A stretch of 64,000 nucleotides of DNA from Asterias rubens (lineage: Eukaryota). Shown here piece by piece: positions 34,710 to 49,049 of the stretch. The position numbers were made by a program, and so were the translations under genes. Each line of letters begins with the position of its first letter. Position 1 is the stretch's first letter. The notes beneath the pieces were generated by a model. The model was not told where the DNA came from, made no database searches, and saw only the letters and a program-made list of their open reading frames with translations. Where the stretch lies: the NCBI RefSeq assembly GCF_902459465.1, contig NC_047066.1, positions 6,697,047-6,761,046 of the forward strand, in the 5' to 3' direction.

Positions 34710-34908
34710 CTTTGACCTCATGGACACTGCACAACCCATCCTCAAACTCCGAGGTGAACCTCTGAGGTGCTGCCGGCTCAAAGTCGGAGGTGTATTGCCG
34801 GCCGGCTGCCGTGTTATGACAACAGCGACACATACATGTGTGGTAGCGTAACCGCCCTTCCTCTAAGTAGGGGTGGGTGAGGGCATCGGTGCAAGAAATA
34901 CGTTTGTC
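34710..34908 (-). CDS. NLK: NLK exon (DKRISCTDALTHPYLEEGRLRYHTCMCRCCHNTAAGRQYTSDFEPAAPQRFTSEFEDGLCSVHEVK-)
   Basis: Matches human SKRISAKDALAHPYLDEGRLRYHTCMCKCCFSTSTGRVYTSDFEPVTNPKFDDTFEKNLSSVRQVK. Acceptor tcttcacag|gac and donor aaag|gtgagg. 199 nt, ends in phase 1. Confidence 0.85.
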
Positions 34909-35214
34909 CTGTGAAGACGAGAACAAATATAACGTCACAGAAGGAAAGGTTGGTGGCTACATGTCCAAATTGTTTAGAAGGGGGTTATGGGTGTGGGATT
35001 TGAAAGTTGTAGGGTAAAACAGAATGTTACATTTTAGAGATTTACAGACTCTCTACATAATTTCTATTGGATAGCTGAAGGTCTGGTCACAAGGAGCAAT
35101 TATGACAAGTTTGACTATTTCAAGAAAATGTAAAGGTACAGGAAGATCAGTGAAATATCCTGATACCAGAAAAAAATGTTGAAAAATCACGAGCTTGCAT
35201 TTCGATGAACTTGG

Positions 35215-35355
35215 GACAGGGGTGGATTTCACAAAGAGTTGAGACTATAGTCTTATCTCGAGTTAGGACGAGTAACTCCTCCTAACTTGGTTTTTAATAA
35301 CCCCAAAGAGTCATAGGACTAGTCCTAAGTTAGGACTCTCTTTGTGAATTCGACC
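35215..35355. mobile_element. MITE family C (~140 bp; TIR ggtggatttcacaaagag … ctctttgtgaattcgaccc; internal cctaagttaggac motifs). Other copies at about 63225-63375 and 27270-27350, plus a fragment at about 26850-26880.
   Basis: Inverted termini plus the shared internal tcctaagttaggacgagt. Confidence 0.65.
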
Positions 35356-35471
35356 CCTAGGCTCCGATGTCATTTCAATTTTCAAAAAGGCACTGGCAAA
35401 GCATCAGGAGCCCATAGAATCTCGGCTGTTGGATTCTGATGAAATTGCGACGATTGAGTTAAAATACGTAC

Positions 35472-35558
35472 TGGATTAAAGACGAGCATCCGACTCAAGA
35501 GATGGACAGCTTCATGAGTAGCCTGGGCAGACAGACTATATAATGCTGACAGGCAAGG
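35472..35558 (-). CDS. NLK: NLK exon (PCLSALYSLSAQATHEAVHLLSRMLVFNP)
   Basis: Matches human SLPVLYTLSSQATHEAVHLLCRMLVFDP. Acceptor tatccacag|cct and donor cca|gtacgt. Confidence 0.8.
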
Positions 35559-36819
35559 CTGTGGATACAAATAAATCAAACCATTGCATTCAAACAGTCT
35601 GGACTTTCAAGCTATGTAAAAAAAAAATACAATTGCTTTAATGTTGTCTATGAGATTTACAAATGAAAAATTCATCTTAACAAACCATTACATATACTAC
35701 AGCTATTGAGGCTTTCTTAACTAAAGCGATATTTACAACAACTGTTGTTAGGTAACATGGAAATATCTGTATTTGAAAGATGTTTTGTTTGGCTGCAGAT
35801 TGCGCCACAGCACCTTGAAAGCTGTTAGCTGTTACATGGTGTTATGTAAATAAATAGGTCTTAGATATTGAACATACCCATGCATACTTTAAAGACACAA
35901 TACTGAGCGCTTTGAGGTGCTCTTGTGTGTGAAAAACCACTATTTAGGCCTATGAACTGTGTATTTCTACTATAATTAGCACTATATTACAGATGGGCTA
36001 ACAAAGATACAATTAACAACACATTATAACATCAATAAAGATTAAATAGATGTTGAATTTGCATCGGGGATAAAAAATATTCATTTGGGTGTTTACCCAT
36101 AAGACCGATGTGTGTTAGCACTGTTTACTCAGTACCTTCCTGAGTCCTGTGAAAAAAATCACAGGCATATTTGCTCGGGTGGGATTCGAACCCACAACCT
36201 TTGCAATTCTAGAGCAGTGTCATACCAACTAGACCACCGAGATTGCCCGGTAGCTAGAGGCAGTTCGAGTCCTATGTTTTAGCAGCGGGTACTGCAAACG
36301 ATTTGATAGATGTTAAACTTGCATCAGGGATAAAGATATTCATTTGGTGAATGAGTATTCTATCCCGATGCAAATTAAACATCTAATAAAAAAGTCATTT
36401 CAAAGTCAAAAATCAATGAAATCGTACGCCAATTGTAAATTTTAGGCCTAAAAATAGTTTACACATTAAAACAAATATACAATTCTGGAGAAGAACAAGC
36501 AAAATGGTTAGGAAAATGGTAAGTTAACAAAAGGGAAATTTCCTCATGGACCTCAGTGAGGGCGCTGTTCGGTATTATGATTAAAGCGCTGTGATGCACT
36601 TTGCGTAAGAATGCTATACAAATAGTGCTATTATCAATATTATGAAAATTATCATGAAATGATAAAAAAACACTTGGTATGTACAATCATTTAAAATACA
36701 ACAGTTTTAACATTATACACAGATTATACAGCGTTCTCCCTTAACACTGGTCCGCTGGCCAAATGCTAGTTTATAACACCTGGGGTCCAGTCAGAATTCA
36801 CTCCAAGTGGTCCAGCTAC

Positions 36820-37203
36820 TTAAAGACACTGGACACTTTTGGTAATTGCCAAAGACAAGTCTTCTCACTTGGTGTATCTCAACATATGCATAATACAACA
36901 AACCTATGAAAATTTGAGCTTGATTGGTCGTCGGAGTTGCGAGATAACTATGAAAGAAAAAAACACCCTTGTCACATGAAGATGTGTGCTTTCAGATGCT
37001 TGATTTCGAGATCTCAAATTTTAAACCTGAGGTCTTGAAATCAAATTCGTGGAAAATTACTTCTTTCTCGAAAACTACGTCACTTCAGAGAGAGCCGTTT
37101 CTCACAATGTTTTATACTATCAACTATCCCCATTACTCGTTACCAAGTGAGGTTTTATGCTAACAATTATTTTGAGTAATTACCAATAGTGTCCACTGCC
37201 TTT
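36820..37203. mobile_element. MITE family A copy (NLK intron)
   Basis: TIRs and internal module identical in organisation to the 30478 copy. Confidence 0.85.
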
Positions 37204-37367
37204 AAAATATTGACTAGTTAAAAAGCTGACAAACCAGTCAAATGACAAGCTTACTGGTCCTGCTGGCCAGTCATTACCAAAGTTAATGGGCAAACCCCGA
37301 CATACAAATATTTTCGCCACATTATTCGCCTACTCATCAGCAGAATTTACAACTGTTACAACTCATA

Positions 37368-37548
37368 ACAGGCCTGATACTTCACGGAGGCAACAAAGTC
37401 GATTGCCTCCATGCCCCCTGGTCATTAGCTTGGTGCCCTTGAAATGCTCCAATTCACAAGTTCCTCATATAGGGTGCCTTTTACCAAGGAGAAAATGCCT
37501 TGGTGCCCTTGCCCATGTTACAAAAAACGAAGCATACAGGGCTGTCAT
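37368..37548. mobile_element. MITE family D (~180 bp; ggcctgatacttcacggaggcaa…gattgcctccatgcc…ggtgcccttg…cgaagcatacaggcctg). Copies at 47930-48118 and 52992-53178, plus an inverted partial at about 20990-21100.
   Basis: Four copies with the conserved internal sequence ccttggtgcccttgcc. Termini ggcctgata… / …tacaggcc are inverted. Confidence 0.65.
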
Positions 37549-37583
37549 AACACATCATCAGATTATTGACTTGTTGTACTTAC

Positions 37584-37685
37584 AGGTTTGTGGGGTGATC
37601 TGAGCAAGTGTGCTTTCGCACCGTCGCATGCGTATTTCATGTCTTCCATACTCGGTGTACCAAGAAGATCGGTGATCAAATTGAG
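37584..37685 (-). CDS. NLK: NLK exon (LNLITDLLGTPSMEDMKYACDGAKAHLLRSPHKP)
   Basis: Matches human LDLITDLLGTPSLEAMRTACEGAKAHILRGPHKQP. Acceptor ggttacag|ctc and donor cct|gtaagt. Confidence 0.8.
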
Positions 37686-38989
37686 CTGTAACCAAAAGAA
37701 GAAAAACAAATTGTGTTTAAAATTTGGTTTTTACTATTTTGGGAATTTAATAATAAAACAAATAATAAACAGATGATCATGGCGCTTTACAATATGAAAT
37801 CCAAATGATTAAATTTGTGTTTGATCAAAATTTACAGTTGCAAAAGAAAAAAGGCACATGAAAAGACAATTTTGTTATTAGGCTGTTGGGCCGAGTATAT
37901 AAATGACTTTTATAAAAATGATGGAACATGTCTGCCATCTTGCCAACTCAAATACAAGTTGCAGGCCGGTAAGCTTTTTCTGGTAAGCATACTTTTGTTG
38001 TGCTTAGCTAATTTTTCTTTAAAGCAGCTCTATGACATGGGGTAGTGCTGAAAGTTATGAGATCATCTTGTTTGAGCATAAAAGCATACGTCATGTTTTA
38101 AATAGTGCTTCAAGAATGACCACCTTATTCAACAATTGTATTTTCTTCCCCAAGGAAAATCCATTTAATATATGTGAGATAAGCTGATGGTCGTCCTTAG
38201 TTACCGATCAGCAAAATCCCCCCCTTTCCCCACACTGTACAGAGAAAAGTAAAATGTGCTGATACACGTTTCACACAAGTCACGTACAGACACTACAAGT
38301 TGATGGTTCAGACCTCATAAGGGATCCTTTGCCACACAACAAACCCTGAGCCCCCCCCCCCCCAGAAACAAAGTGTGCGTTGTCGTTGCTAATGAGCAGC
38401 AACCAAGGACTGAAGGATGCTCAAGGAGGGTCTTGTATGTTATCCATTCATGGAATTGATTGGCTATCACTGGAGAGGGTGACCTCCGGAGATAAAGTGA
38501 CTTTTTGCTTAAATTTTTACAGATGTATACTTTTTTATTTTAAAGACCTGGACACCTTTGGTAATTGTCAAAGACCAGTATTCTCACTTGGTGTATCTCA
38601 ACATATGCATTATAAAATAACAAACCTGAACAAATTTAGACTCAACTGTCGTCAAAGTTGCGGGGGAATAGTGGAAGAAAAGGAACCTTATCGCACAAGT
38701 TGTGTTCGAGACCTCAGCTGAGGTCTCTTATTCAATTCAAATATTTAAGTGAGAATTTGCCTCTTTCTCAAAAACTATGTTACTTTAGCGGGAGCCGTTT
38801 CTCAAAATGTTAAAATAACCAATAGTGTCAAGTGCCTTGAAACCCCCCCTGTTTCTCATCCGACACAAGCGATTTCCCCGTGGGTTTTAACTTCTGTGCT
38901 AAACACACATCGGCGTTAAGAGTAATAACAAATTATATTCTTTATCCCCGATTCAAAATTAAAACCCATTCAATCCTGCAGTACCCACT

Positions 38990-39365
38990 TCTAACACATA
39001 GATTCGAACGGACTCTAACCACTCAGTGCTCTAGTGGTTAAACATCTGCTCTAGCAATGCAAAGGTTGTGGGTTCGAATCCCACCAGAGTGATAGAGTGA
39101 TTTGCCTGTGGGCTTTTTATTTCACAGAACTCTGGTAAGTACCGAGTATACAGTGCTCAATACACATCGGTGTAAGGGTTAAATCAAACTTTATTCTTTA
39201 TCCGAGACATAAATTTAACAACTCTATGTTCCCAGTAAGCTATAATGGGGTTGTTGGTTCAAATCTCACGCGAGTGATTTGCCCGTAGGATGTTATAATT
39301 CACTAAAACTTGGGAGAGTACTCGGGAGAATACAGTGCTCAATACAAATCGGTGTAAGGGTGAAC
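38990..39365 (+). mobile_element. Two tandemly adjacent copies of the family-2 tRNA-SINE (38990-39185 and 39240-39365)
   Basis: Both contain ggttcgaatc(c/t)cac…gtaccgagtatacagtgctcaatacacatcggtgtaagggt. Confidence 0.6.
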
Positions 39366-39987
39366 AAAATTATATTATTTATCCAAGACACAAATTTATC
39401 TAAGTTCCCAGTTAGCTTTGGGTATAAATGCACACTATTTTGCACCATACTTGAACAACATGATGAAGACCCATATCTATCTTTTGTTATGATAACCTTT
39501 TGCAGTCATGTCTGGAAGGCGAGTCATTCGTATTCAATGACCTTTGTACCTCTGCTGACCTACCCAAAGGCCAAGATGACCTTCCAAATGTTATTTACAT
39601 AAACAGGGACAAAGGGCCAAACATGACCATGCCCTCCAAACGATCAACACCCAGACATGACGGCACCGACAGGCACGCTTTAACCTCATAATGATACTCC
39701 TTTAATTTGTTTTTCTAAATCTTTCCTATTGCTTTTGCAATCGGCAAAAGAAAGAATGGACTGCACTCATCTCTGTGACTTCTCTTGGATCATGCGATTC
39801 CTCCACAAGGTTTCAAGTTTTATGCCTCACCTTCCCATACCTTAGTTGTTTTCTTTGAAATCTTTCCTTCTGTTTTAACAATCGGCAAACAACAATTAAC
39901 TGCACTTATCTATGTGACTACTCATGGAGGAAACCGTACGATTCCTCCGCAAGGTTTAAAGTTTTAAGTCTCACCTCCACATATCTA

Positions 39988-40386
39988 ATGAGCACTCTTA
40001 AAGACACTGGACACTATTGGTAATAGTCAAAGACCAGTCTTCTCACTCGATGAATCGCGAAATGTGCATAAAATAACAAACCTGTGGAAATTTGAGCTCA
40101 ATCGGTCGTCGAAGTTACGCGATAATAATGAAAGAAAAAACACCCTTGTCACACGAAGTTGTGTGCTTTCAGATGCTTGATTTCGAGACCTCACATTCTA
40201 AATCTGCGGTCTCAAAACCAAATTCGTGGAAAATTACTTCTTTCTTAAATACTACATACATTACTTCAGCGGAAGCCGTTTCTCACAATGTTTTATACTA
40301 TCAACCTCTCCCCATTACTTGCTACTAAGTAAGGTTTATGCTAAACATTATTTGAGTAATTACCAATAGTGTCCACTGCCTTTAAC
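39988..40386. mobile_element. MITE family A copy (NLK intron)
   Basis: TIRs aagacactggacactattggtaat … attaccaatagtgtccactgcctttaa. Confidence 0.85.
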
Positions 40387-41062
40387 CGGTACGGATTGAG
40401 GAGAAAACATTAAGAAAATAAATAAAAAATCAGTTGCTGCAAAAAGTCCCCAAGGCCTTTTCACTGTCTCCGTAATTGAGTTAGGCCTTCAAGTAAGTCA
40501 AGGTTTATCCATCGACCATGATAAATCAAGCGTAATTTCATTTTATGGCAACGTGAAATTGGTGCAAAAAATACAGAATAAATCAGAGCGACGGAAAGAC
40601 ACATTTTTTCCTGAAGCAAAGCAAATTGGCATTTCAAGAGTGAGAGAGCATCATTACAACAAGGATAATGAACACCCCCCCCCCCTGAAAAAAAAAACAC
40701 CTTAAAAACCGTCACTTCACAAAGAACTACTAAATACAAATTGTTTTGCTTAACACAGAAAAAGAAGGAAAAAAACAGGTTAGCGGTCAACTTCATAAGG
40801 TTTTTACTGTTGCCACTGGTGTACTTCTTTCTCAGCAAAAGAAATTTGCTTTTGAGATGCAGTATTTTCTGCTAAACAGCTTCATGAAAATAACTGGGCA
40901 CTTGTCTTTGGCCTCACCTGTGTGACTGTAGTGCATGAGATAAATAATTCTAATGTTGACATCGTCATCGAGTTTCATTTTCGATCTCAGTTTATTCAAA
41001 TTGCTAATTTGTACTAATTTCTTGCTTCTTATGTTACTTTGGGGACATCTAGATGGCCTCAC

Positions 41063-41272
41063 CTGTGTGACTGGACTCTGGGCCTGAAACAGAATCCTCC
41101 TCCCCAGTAGCTCAGCGAAGATGCAGCCCACCGACCAGACGTCAACCGACGACCCATAATGCTTACTGCCGACCAGGATCTCCGGCGCTCGGTAGTACTG
41201 TGTGATGACCTCTTGGGTCATGTGTTTGTTTGTGTCTGGTTCCTCCAAGCGGGCCAGCCCAAAATCACATAT
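41063..41272 (-). CDS. NLK: NLK exon (ICDFGLARLEEPDTNKHMTQEVITQYYRAPEILVGSKHYGSSVDVWSVGCIFAELLGRRILFQAQSPVTQ), DFG through subdomain IX
   Basis: Matches human ICDFGLARVEELDESRHMTQEVVTQYYRAPEILMGSRHYSNAIDIWSVGCIFAELLGRRILFQAQSPIQQ. 210 nt. Acceptor cactag|ata and donor cag|gtgagg. Confidence 0.9.
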
Positions 41273-42404
41273 CTAGTGGGAATGATTGAAAAAAGAGAAT
41301 GGGTCCAGTTACATACAAGTTGTGTGTATTTTTCATGGAATTTGTTTGTGGCCTGTTTCTGAAGGTAGGTTAGCCTACCCAAGATGTGGATACACATAAA
41401 TTGTTAAACTTCCTGGAATTTACAGCTGATAAAAATCGCCAAGTGTTGAGCCAAGGCAAGGCCACCGCAAGCACACATGGTATTTTGTGCATCCCTGTGA
41501 AGACATCTTTTGTTCTTTTCTTTGTCCCAGTACATGTACATGTAGTTAAGAACCTCCAATAAAATTTGTATGCAAAATTCCTTGTGAATCACCCCAGTCT
41601 TATGACCCTTTGTTTTTCCTTTTCTGTTATGTCCTCGGGTTTCCATAAGGTAGTAAATATTAAAACCACAATAATTAACACATACATGCAAACATCCCTC
41701 CACTATACCAGTGGAAGAATTTATGCACAAAAGCAATTCTGTTAAGTTTAGACACCAACAGCCTTGATCAATGATTCTTATCTACAAAGGCAGACTGATC
41801 TCTGATGAACTTGACTGGTGTTAATTTCATTGTTGTCTTTTTATGTGGGCGGTGTAGAATCAGAAAGTGAGAGAGAGACTGGGATTGTACTTTTATGGAA
41901 GGGATTTTTTATTTTTTTTGGTAATTCAGTGAATTCAAACTCCTGAAGTATTCTTATATTACAGATAGAATTGATACCTAAAATTATGCAGACTGATACA
42001 GGGTGTGCTTACTAAATACAAGGAATAACTCACTGGCATCTCTGTAAAAGTCTTTTTGAACGACAATTCGCCATTCTCAACATACAAGTATGCCTAAAAT
42101 AACCAATCTGTGAAAATCTGGACTCAATTTGTCATTCAAATTGCAAGAGAATAATGAAAGAAAAACGCCCTTGTTGCACAAATTTTTGTGCTTACAGATG
42201 CTTAAACAAAGCCTTCGGGCATAAAGTCTTTTAACATTTGAGTGAGAAATTACCTCTTTCTCAAAAGTTATGTTATTTCAGAGGGGGCCCATTTCTCACA
42301 ATGTTTTATACAACAGCTCTCCATTGCTCATTACCAAGTAAGTTAGTAAGTTTTTACATCACTAATTATTTTGAGTAATTACCAATAGTGTCCAGTCCCT
42401 TAAA

Positions 42405-42485
42405 GGCAGTGGACACTATTGGTAATTGTCAAAGACTATGCTAATAATTATTTTGAGTAAATACCAATAGTGTCTGCCCTTAAAA
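42405..42485. mobile_element. MITE family A miniature internal-deletion derivative (left TIR joined to right TIR, ~80 bp), abutting another copy
   Basis: cagtggacactattggtaattgtcaaagactatgc joined directly to taataattattttgagtaaataccaatagtgtctgccc. Confidence 0.6.
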
Positions 42486-44297
42486 AATGACTGCAACTAT
42501 TTAGTTTAGTTTTTGCCCTTGATGACTTGTTTGTCGTAACCTAAGAAACTTAGAGAGGCCATGTTCAATGGTCTCTAGTTCAATGTGGAACAGCAAGCGA
42601 CCTCCCAGTACACCGATTAACATCAATATACGTTTTAAGGGGGGGGGGGAGCTCTTGCGTCACGTAAACTATACCCAGACCAACTGCCGTGATATGGCTG
42701 AGTACACTTGGAGTCAACCAACAAACTACATGTATCAATGTTGGCTGCGAGTGCAGTGTAGAACCAAGCAGAGTTCAAAGTCTCTGTCTGTAGTAAGGGT
42801 CGTGTACTTCTTTGATACAATTGAATTATAAAATGAACTTTGGCTGTTACAGTCCGTTGGAAGTGGATTTTTTGTGATCATAAATGGCGGTTTCATACGA
42901 ATTTAGATATATTGGCACTTTGATTAACTTCAAGAATGCTTTATAGTAGTTTTTGAGGGTGATTTTCATCTGATGAGCCTATTCACGTCATCATCAATTT
43001 TAATCCGAAAATTGTTGACTTTATTTCAGAACTACTGGTTGGTCGTTGGAGTTGCGAGATAACTATCAAAGAAAAAACACCGACACACGAAGTTGTGTGC
43101 TTTCAGATGCTTGACTTCGAGACCTCCAATTTTAAACTTGAGGTCTCAAAATCAAATTCATGGAAAATTACTTTTTTTCTTGAAAACTGCGTCACTTCAG
43201 AGGGAGCCGTTTCTCACAATGTTTTATACTATAAACCTCTCCCCATTACTCGTTACCAAGTGAGGTTTTATGCTGATAATTATTTTGAGTAATTACCAAT
43301 AGTGTCCACTGCCTTTAAGAACCTCCCTTAGACTTTGTACACAAAATTCCTTGTGGAGCGCCCAGGTCTTTAGAATTCCCCTATGGAGACCCTTTGTTAT
43401 TCCCTTTTCTGTTTTGTTCTCAGTCTCCATACGTTAGTGAATATGAAACCATACACACTGCAAATAATACCAGAAGTCCTGTGTATCAAATACAGCTTGA
43501 CGTTGGCCCAATTTGTATGGCTCTGATTACTGTAGGCGAAAAAATCTGTGCTTAGCCAAATGCATGGTAGCCAGCTAACTAAGAAATAGGCACTTTAGGT
43601 ACTTTAGGCTATGAAATGCTTATGGTTGGAAAGACAAAAAAATCCCTTGAAATTGTGTTGTTTTGGTGAATTTCACGAAAGAACGTGGCCCGCTAATTTG
43701 TAGAAGCAAATGTCTAACTTCATTTTGTTTTCTTCTTTTTCTCAACAAATCAACAAATACTGTATTCAACTGAAACTTTCACAGGTGACTTTTATTGATC
43801 TTTCTTAATGTTTTTGCCTTTACGTTAACCAAAACTAGTCTGTGAACCTATCTCTAAAGGATCTGGACACTATTGGTAATTACTCAAAATAATTGTTAGA
43901 AAAAAAACTTACTTGGTAACAAGCAATGGAGAGCTGTTGATAGTATAAAACATTGCGAGAAACGGCTCCCTCTTAAGTATCGTGGTTTTTGAGAAAGAAG
44001 TAATTTCTCAGTAAAATATTTGAATTGATTTCAAGACCTCATGCGTGAGACCTCGAAATCAAGCATCCCCAGAAAGCACACAACTTCATGTACTGTGACA
44101 AGGTTGTTTTTTTCTCCCATTATTATCTCGCAACTTCAATAACCAATCGAGCTCAAATTTTCACAGGTTTGTTATTTTGTGCATTTGTTGAGATACACCA
44201 AGTGAGAAGAACAGCATTCCAGTGTCTTTAAGTTCATGAAGTGTGACACAAACAAAACAGAAGCAGTTTAAGAAACAGATAGGGGAGGCTATTACTA

Positions 44298-44591
<294 letters not shown>

Positions 44592-45820
44592 TCATCCACA
44601 GGTCACTGAATGACAACCATAAGTTCACTCCGACCGGTACACACAAACGGCGAAATATCGTAATCAGCGTATCTCTCCTTTCCGAACCGAAAACATTTTT
44701 CAGTAGTATTTTTTTCAACGTAGCATTATTAACTTATTTCAATTTTAGAACAGGTTCTGACAAAATCATTCAAAATCACGGAGTATTGGCTCTTGGCAAA
44801 GATCGTACAGATAAGCATGGTCTCAAAATGGTCACTAAACTTAATATCAAATACTGTACATTATGGTGAAGAACTAAAATAAGGACTATAAATGTTTTAA
44901 ATAATCCATTAAGCAATTTTCACTCCCTCTGTTTTATTTTTATCAGTAAAGTTTAGGATGTCTTTTGAGTTTTGCCTCAACAACAGTACAACATAGTGAG
45001 TGTCTTTGACATGACTTTTCTAGAATTTGGTTTTAAAATTATTTTTCTGTAACATACCAGAAAATTGTACGTAAAAGAAAGTAAGAAAAAAGCTCCATAC
45101 CAGACGGACTGAAGAAAAAACACATATAAACAGCTAATTACATCTATAGCCTAAATTGAGGAAGAATAACCCGTATTCTTCATTATCGTCTGTCATACCC
45201 CTTATCAATCACTCACATATATAAAAAAAAAAAAAACTTTAAAAGAAACCCTATGATTTCCTATGATTCAAAGAATCTTAAAAACCTGTCTCAATAAATT
45301 TCCCGTTCAGGTTTTTTGGGATGTGACCTCAAAATCAATTAATAAAATCCCTCTCACATATCAGTTACCAAATTTCAATGTCTTGTCGGCGCCGTGTGGT
45401 TTTTGTTTGATTTTGTAGGTCAGTTTTGGTTGATGTTGGTTTGAAGTGAGTGTTAAAACTCACAAACAGATTAAAAACAGAGTCACCTACAAAAAAAATA
45501 ATACCCAAGCCACGGAAACGTGAGCTGCCCCAATCAATTTCTCCCGTAATTTACTGTAGTTTGACCTCAAATCAATTAATGAAAAACCCCTTTCCCGTTA
45601 GTCCAAGACCTCCCCCAAGTTTTGGCGTCTCATCACAAAGCAGCGACGAACCGCCACGTCTTAAACTCAAGAAGGGAAAAAAAATCTCATTACTCTGGCT
45701 GTGTATCTATTAACAAGAGGATAATTTCTACTTGAAACTCTGGAGAGCTGTATTATGCATTCGAGCGATCAAGGTCTTCCACAGAACAAAGATGACAGCT
45801 TAGAAGGTTTTTTTTCTTTA

Positions 45821-46084
<264 letters not shown>

Positions 46085-46185
46085 TTATTAGAATTGGTGG
46101 TTACATTATACATTAACTCAAGCAAGCTTCTGTTGCTGTAAAATTTTCAAATCTTAGGATTTGTGGTTATAAATGCATGAACTTC

Positions 46186-46570
46186 AAGGCACTGGACACT
46201 ATTGGTAATTTTCGAAGACCAGTATTCTCACTTGGTGTATCTCATTATATGCACAATATAACAAACCTGTGAAAATTTTAACTTAATTGGTCGTCGAAGT
46301 TGAGAGATAATAATGGAAGAAAAAAACACCCTTGTCACACGACGTTGTGTGCTTTCAGATGCTTGATTTCGGGACCTCAAAATCTAATTCTGAGGTCTCA
46401 AAATCAAATTCGTGGAAAATAACTTCTTTCTCAAAAACTACGTTACTTCAGAGGGAGCCGGTTCTCACAATGTTTTATACTATCAACAGTTCTCCATTGC
46501 TTGTTACCAAAGAAGTTTTATGCTAACAATTATTTTGAGTAATTACCAATAGTGTTGTGTGCCTTTAAAG
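46186..46570. mobile_element. MITE family A copy (NLK intron, just 5' of the exon at 45995)
   Basis: Same TIRs and internal module. Confidence 0.85.
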
Positions 46571-48643
46571 AAGCTTCTGTTCTTTATCATTCTAAAGGAA
46601 GTTCGACCATTAAGGGCCAATGTCCTATATTCAATTTCCAAAGTGAAGGATGCAGAAGGACTGGGGCTGGTAGACCCATATAAAAAGTGCTTAGCAATGG
46701 GTCAGGCATGCTAATCGTAAGTAAGTCCAAACAATTTGCACTCCAGCAAGGGGTAACTATCTCCTGAGAATTGCTAATTTCACGAGAAATGGTTATTTCC
46801 CTGGAGTCTTCCAGGGTTAGAAAATAAAGTGGAAAAACGTCAACCAAATTTTTCTCATCCAAATGGAAACAAATGTATGAAGAAAAAGGTTGATGCTCTT
46901 TCACAAAATACATTTTTTTGCCACTGACACAAAAACAACAAACGTCCTACTATGCAACTAATTGTTAACGTGATGCGTCATGGAACAGCCAGCAGCTTGA
47001 CAACCCCCCCCCCCCCAACACACACACACCAGTGAAGTGATCAGGGTTCACTGACGCTCAGCTGCAGATGGGTCAAACTCAGACCGGTCAATTGCTTAAA
47101 AACCTGGGCTGGGCGGATGATGAATGTATCATATTTAAGTTCAGAGCTTCCTGTGAACACGTCGTAAAACGTACAGGCCACCACCGTTCTCCAATTAACC
47201 AATAATGACTTTTCCTTTTGGCTGGAAACGTATCATTTCTTTTTGCTGTTGAGAACTGAAGTGTATTCCATTGCATGTAATAACCACAGTTCCCAAATTT
47301 ATGTCTCCGGCCGGGAGGTTTTTTAAAGGCACTGGACACCTAAGGTAGTTGTCAAAGACCAGTGTTCTCATTAGGTGTATCCCAACATATGCATAATATA
47401 AAAAATGTGTGATTTTTTTTTACTCAATTGGTCATCTAAGTTGCAAGAGAGAAAAAACACCATTGTTGCACAAATTTGTGTGCTTTCAGATGCCCCAAAA
47501 AAGACTTGAGGCCTGAAGTCTTTTAATATTTGAGTGGGAAATTAATTATTACCTCTTTACCAAAAACTACATTACTTCAGAAGGAGCCATTTCTCACAAT
47601 GTTTTCTCCATGGCTCATTACCAAGTATGTTTTGATGCTAACAATAATTTTGAATAGTTATCAATAGCGTCCCGTGCTTTTAAATGACAGGAAACATACA
47701 TGTTCAGAACATCTTTACCAAGTAGAAACTATCTTGATTTATGAAACACGCCAGTCAATGAGGGGGGACTATGACCCAAGAAAACAGTCTCCAGCCCTAT
47801 GAAAACATGAAATGTTAAGGCCATTCGACATACCAGACAACAAGACCCGTATGTGCATGTCAGAGTACAGTTAGGATGTATAAATGCACCTGCCTTCTTA
47901 TGCATTGGGGGAACTGTGTCTGGACTCACTGCCAGAAGGCCTGATACTTCACAGAGGCAATTAAGGTGATTGCCTCCATGCCTTCTGGTCATCTTGGTGC
48001 CCTTGAAATGCTACAGTAGAAATGAACAATTTCTTCATAGGATGCCGTTTACCGAGGAGGAAGTGCATTGGTGCCCTTGTCCTTTCAAAAAACGAAGCAT
48101 ACAGGCCTGCGCTGCACTATTTCCAGATAATCATAACATACTTGTGTAATGTGGGAATACACAATAATCAAAACCCACTAAATGATGGATATCTTTCCCG
48201 AAAGACCCCAAACACAAAACCATGATGCTGTAATCCTAGGAAAAATGTCTCGCACAATCACATCTCAAGTACGTTGTCCGCACTCCCTGGACATGGCTTC
48301 TGACGTTGGCGACACCCTGATCGGAAAGCAGTGAATATCCAAGCTTACTTAGAGAGAGGAGGGGGGGGGGGCAGATTCACAACAAGATGAAACAGAATCA
48401 CCTAAAATCACTGACAGGAAATGTGAATTGGACGACAGCAGAGGAAAAAACAACTCACTAGCCAGACAAGGGAGGGGGGTGGAAGTGGGTGGACAAGAAA
48501 AAAAAAGAAAGAAAAAATTTTGGCCCCAGAAAGCTGAGACATTTTAAATCAATCACCAAAAGCGGTCAGATAACGTTTAAGACGAAATGACTAGATTATA
48601 GAGATGTTAGATGCGAAGATGATGGTCGGACAGAAATGGATTG

Positions 48644-48644
<1 letters not shown>

Positions 48645-48675
<31 letters not shown>
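48645..48675. repeat. Homopolymer G31 (C31 on the NLK sense strand), intronic
   Basis: Counted directly from the sequence. Produces the PPPPPPPPPPP artefact ORF. Confidence 0.9.
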
Positions 48676-49049
48676 CTGGATCGGACCGGTAAGCTGAATG
48701 TCAGGGTAGGGTCTTTCTAATTCCCCGCCAGGCCCTGCAAGATTATCAATCATTTTCTCGTTTAAAAAGGAGCATTTAGGGAGGCATGGTATAGTAATGC
48801 CGAAAACAGTCAAGCAACGCATTTTGTTTAGTATTTCCTTCTTTTAAAAAAAAAATGGTTTTACGGACAGACCGACTACAGAGATAAATGTATGTCTCAG
48901 CGGTCTCACGAGATGTACTAGTCGTACAAATCCAGTAATGATTGGCAGCATAATGCATCCAGCACATTCGTAAAGCAGTTTGACATTTGGTCATCAAGAA
49001 TTTGTGACAGACTTTTCTATTAATATTATTTTTTTTCTTCAAAGGATAC

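Noticed and set aside
40461-40520. Peptide …WINLDLLEGLTQLRRQ* resembling the NLK QLDLITDLLGTPS segment
   Set aside because: No splice acceptor, and the frame ends in a stop. The genuine exon encoding LNLITDLLGTPS… was found at 37584-37685.
48607-48822. ORF containing a PPPPPPPPPPP stretch
   Set aside because: Translation of the intronic G31/C31 homopolymer. It is not a proline-rich protein.
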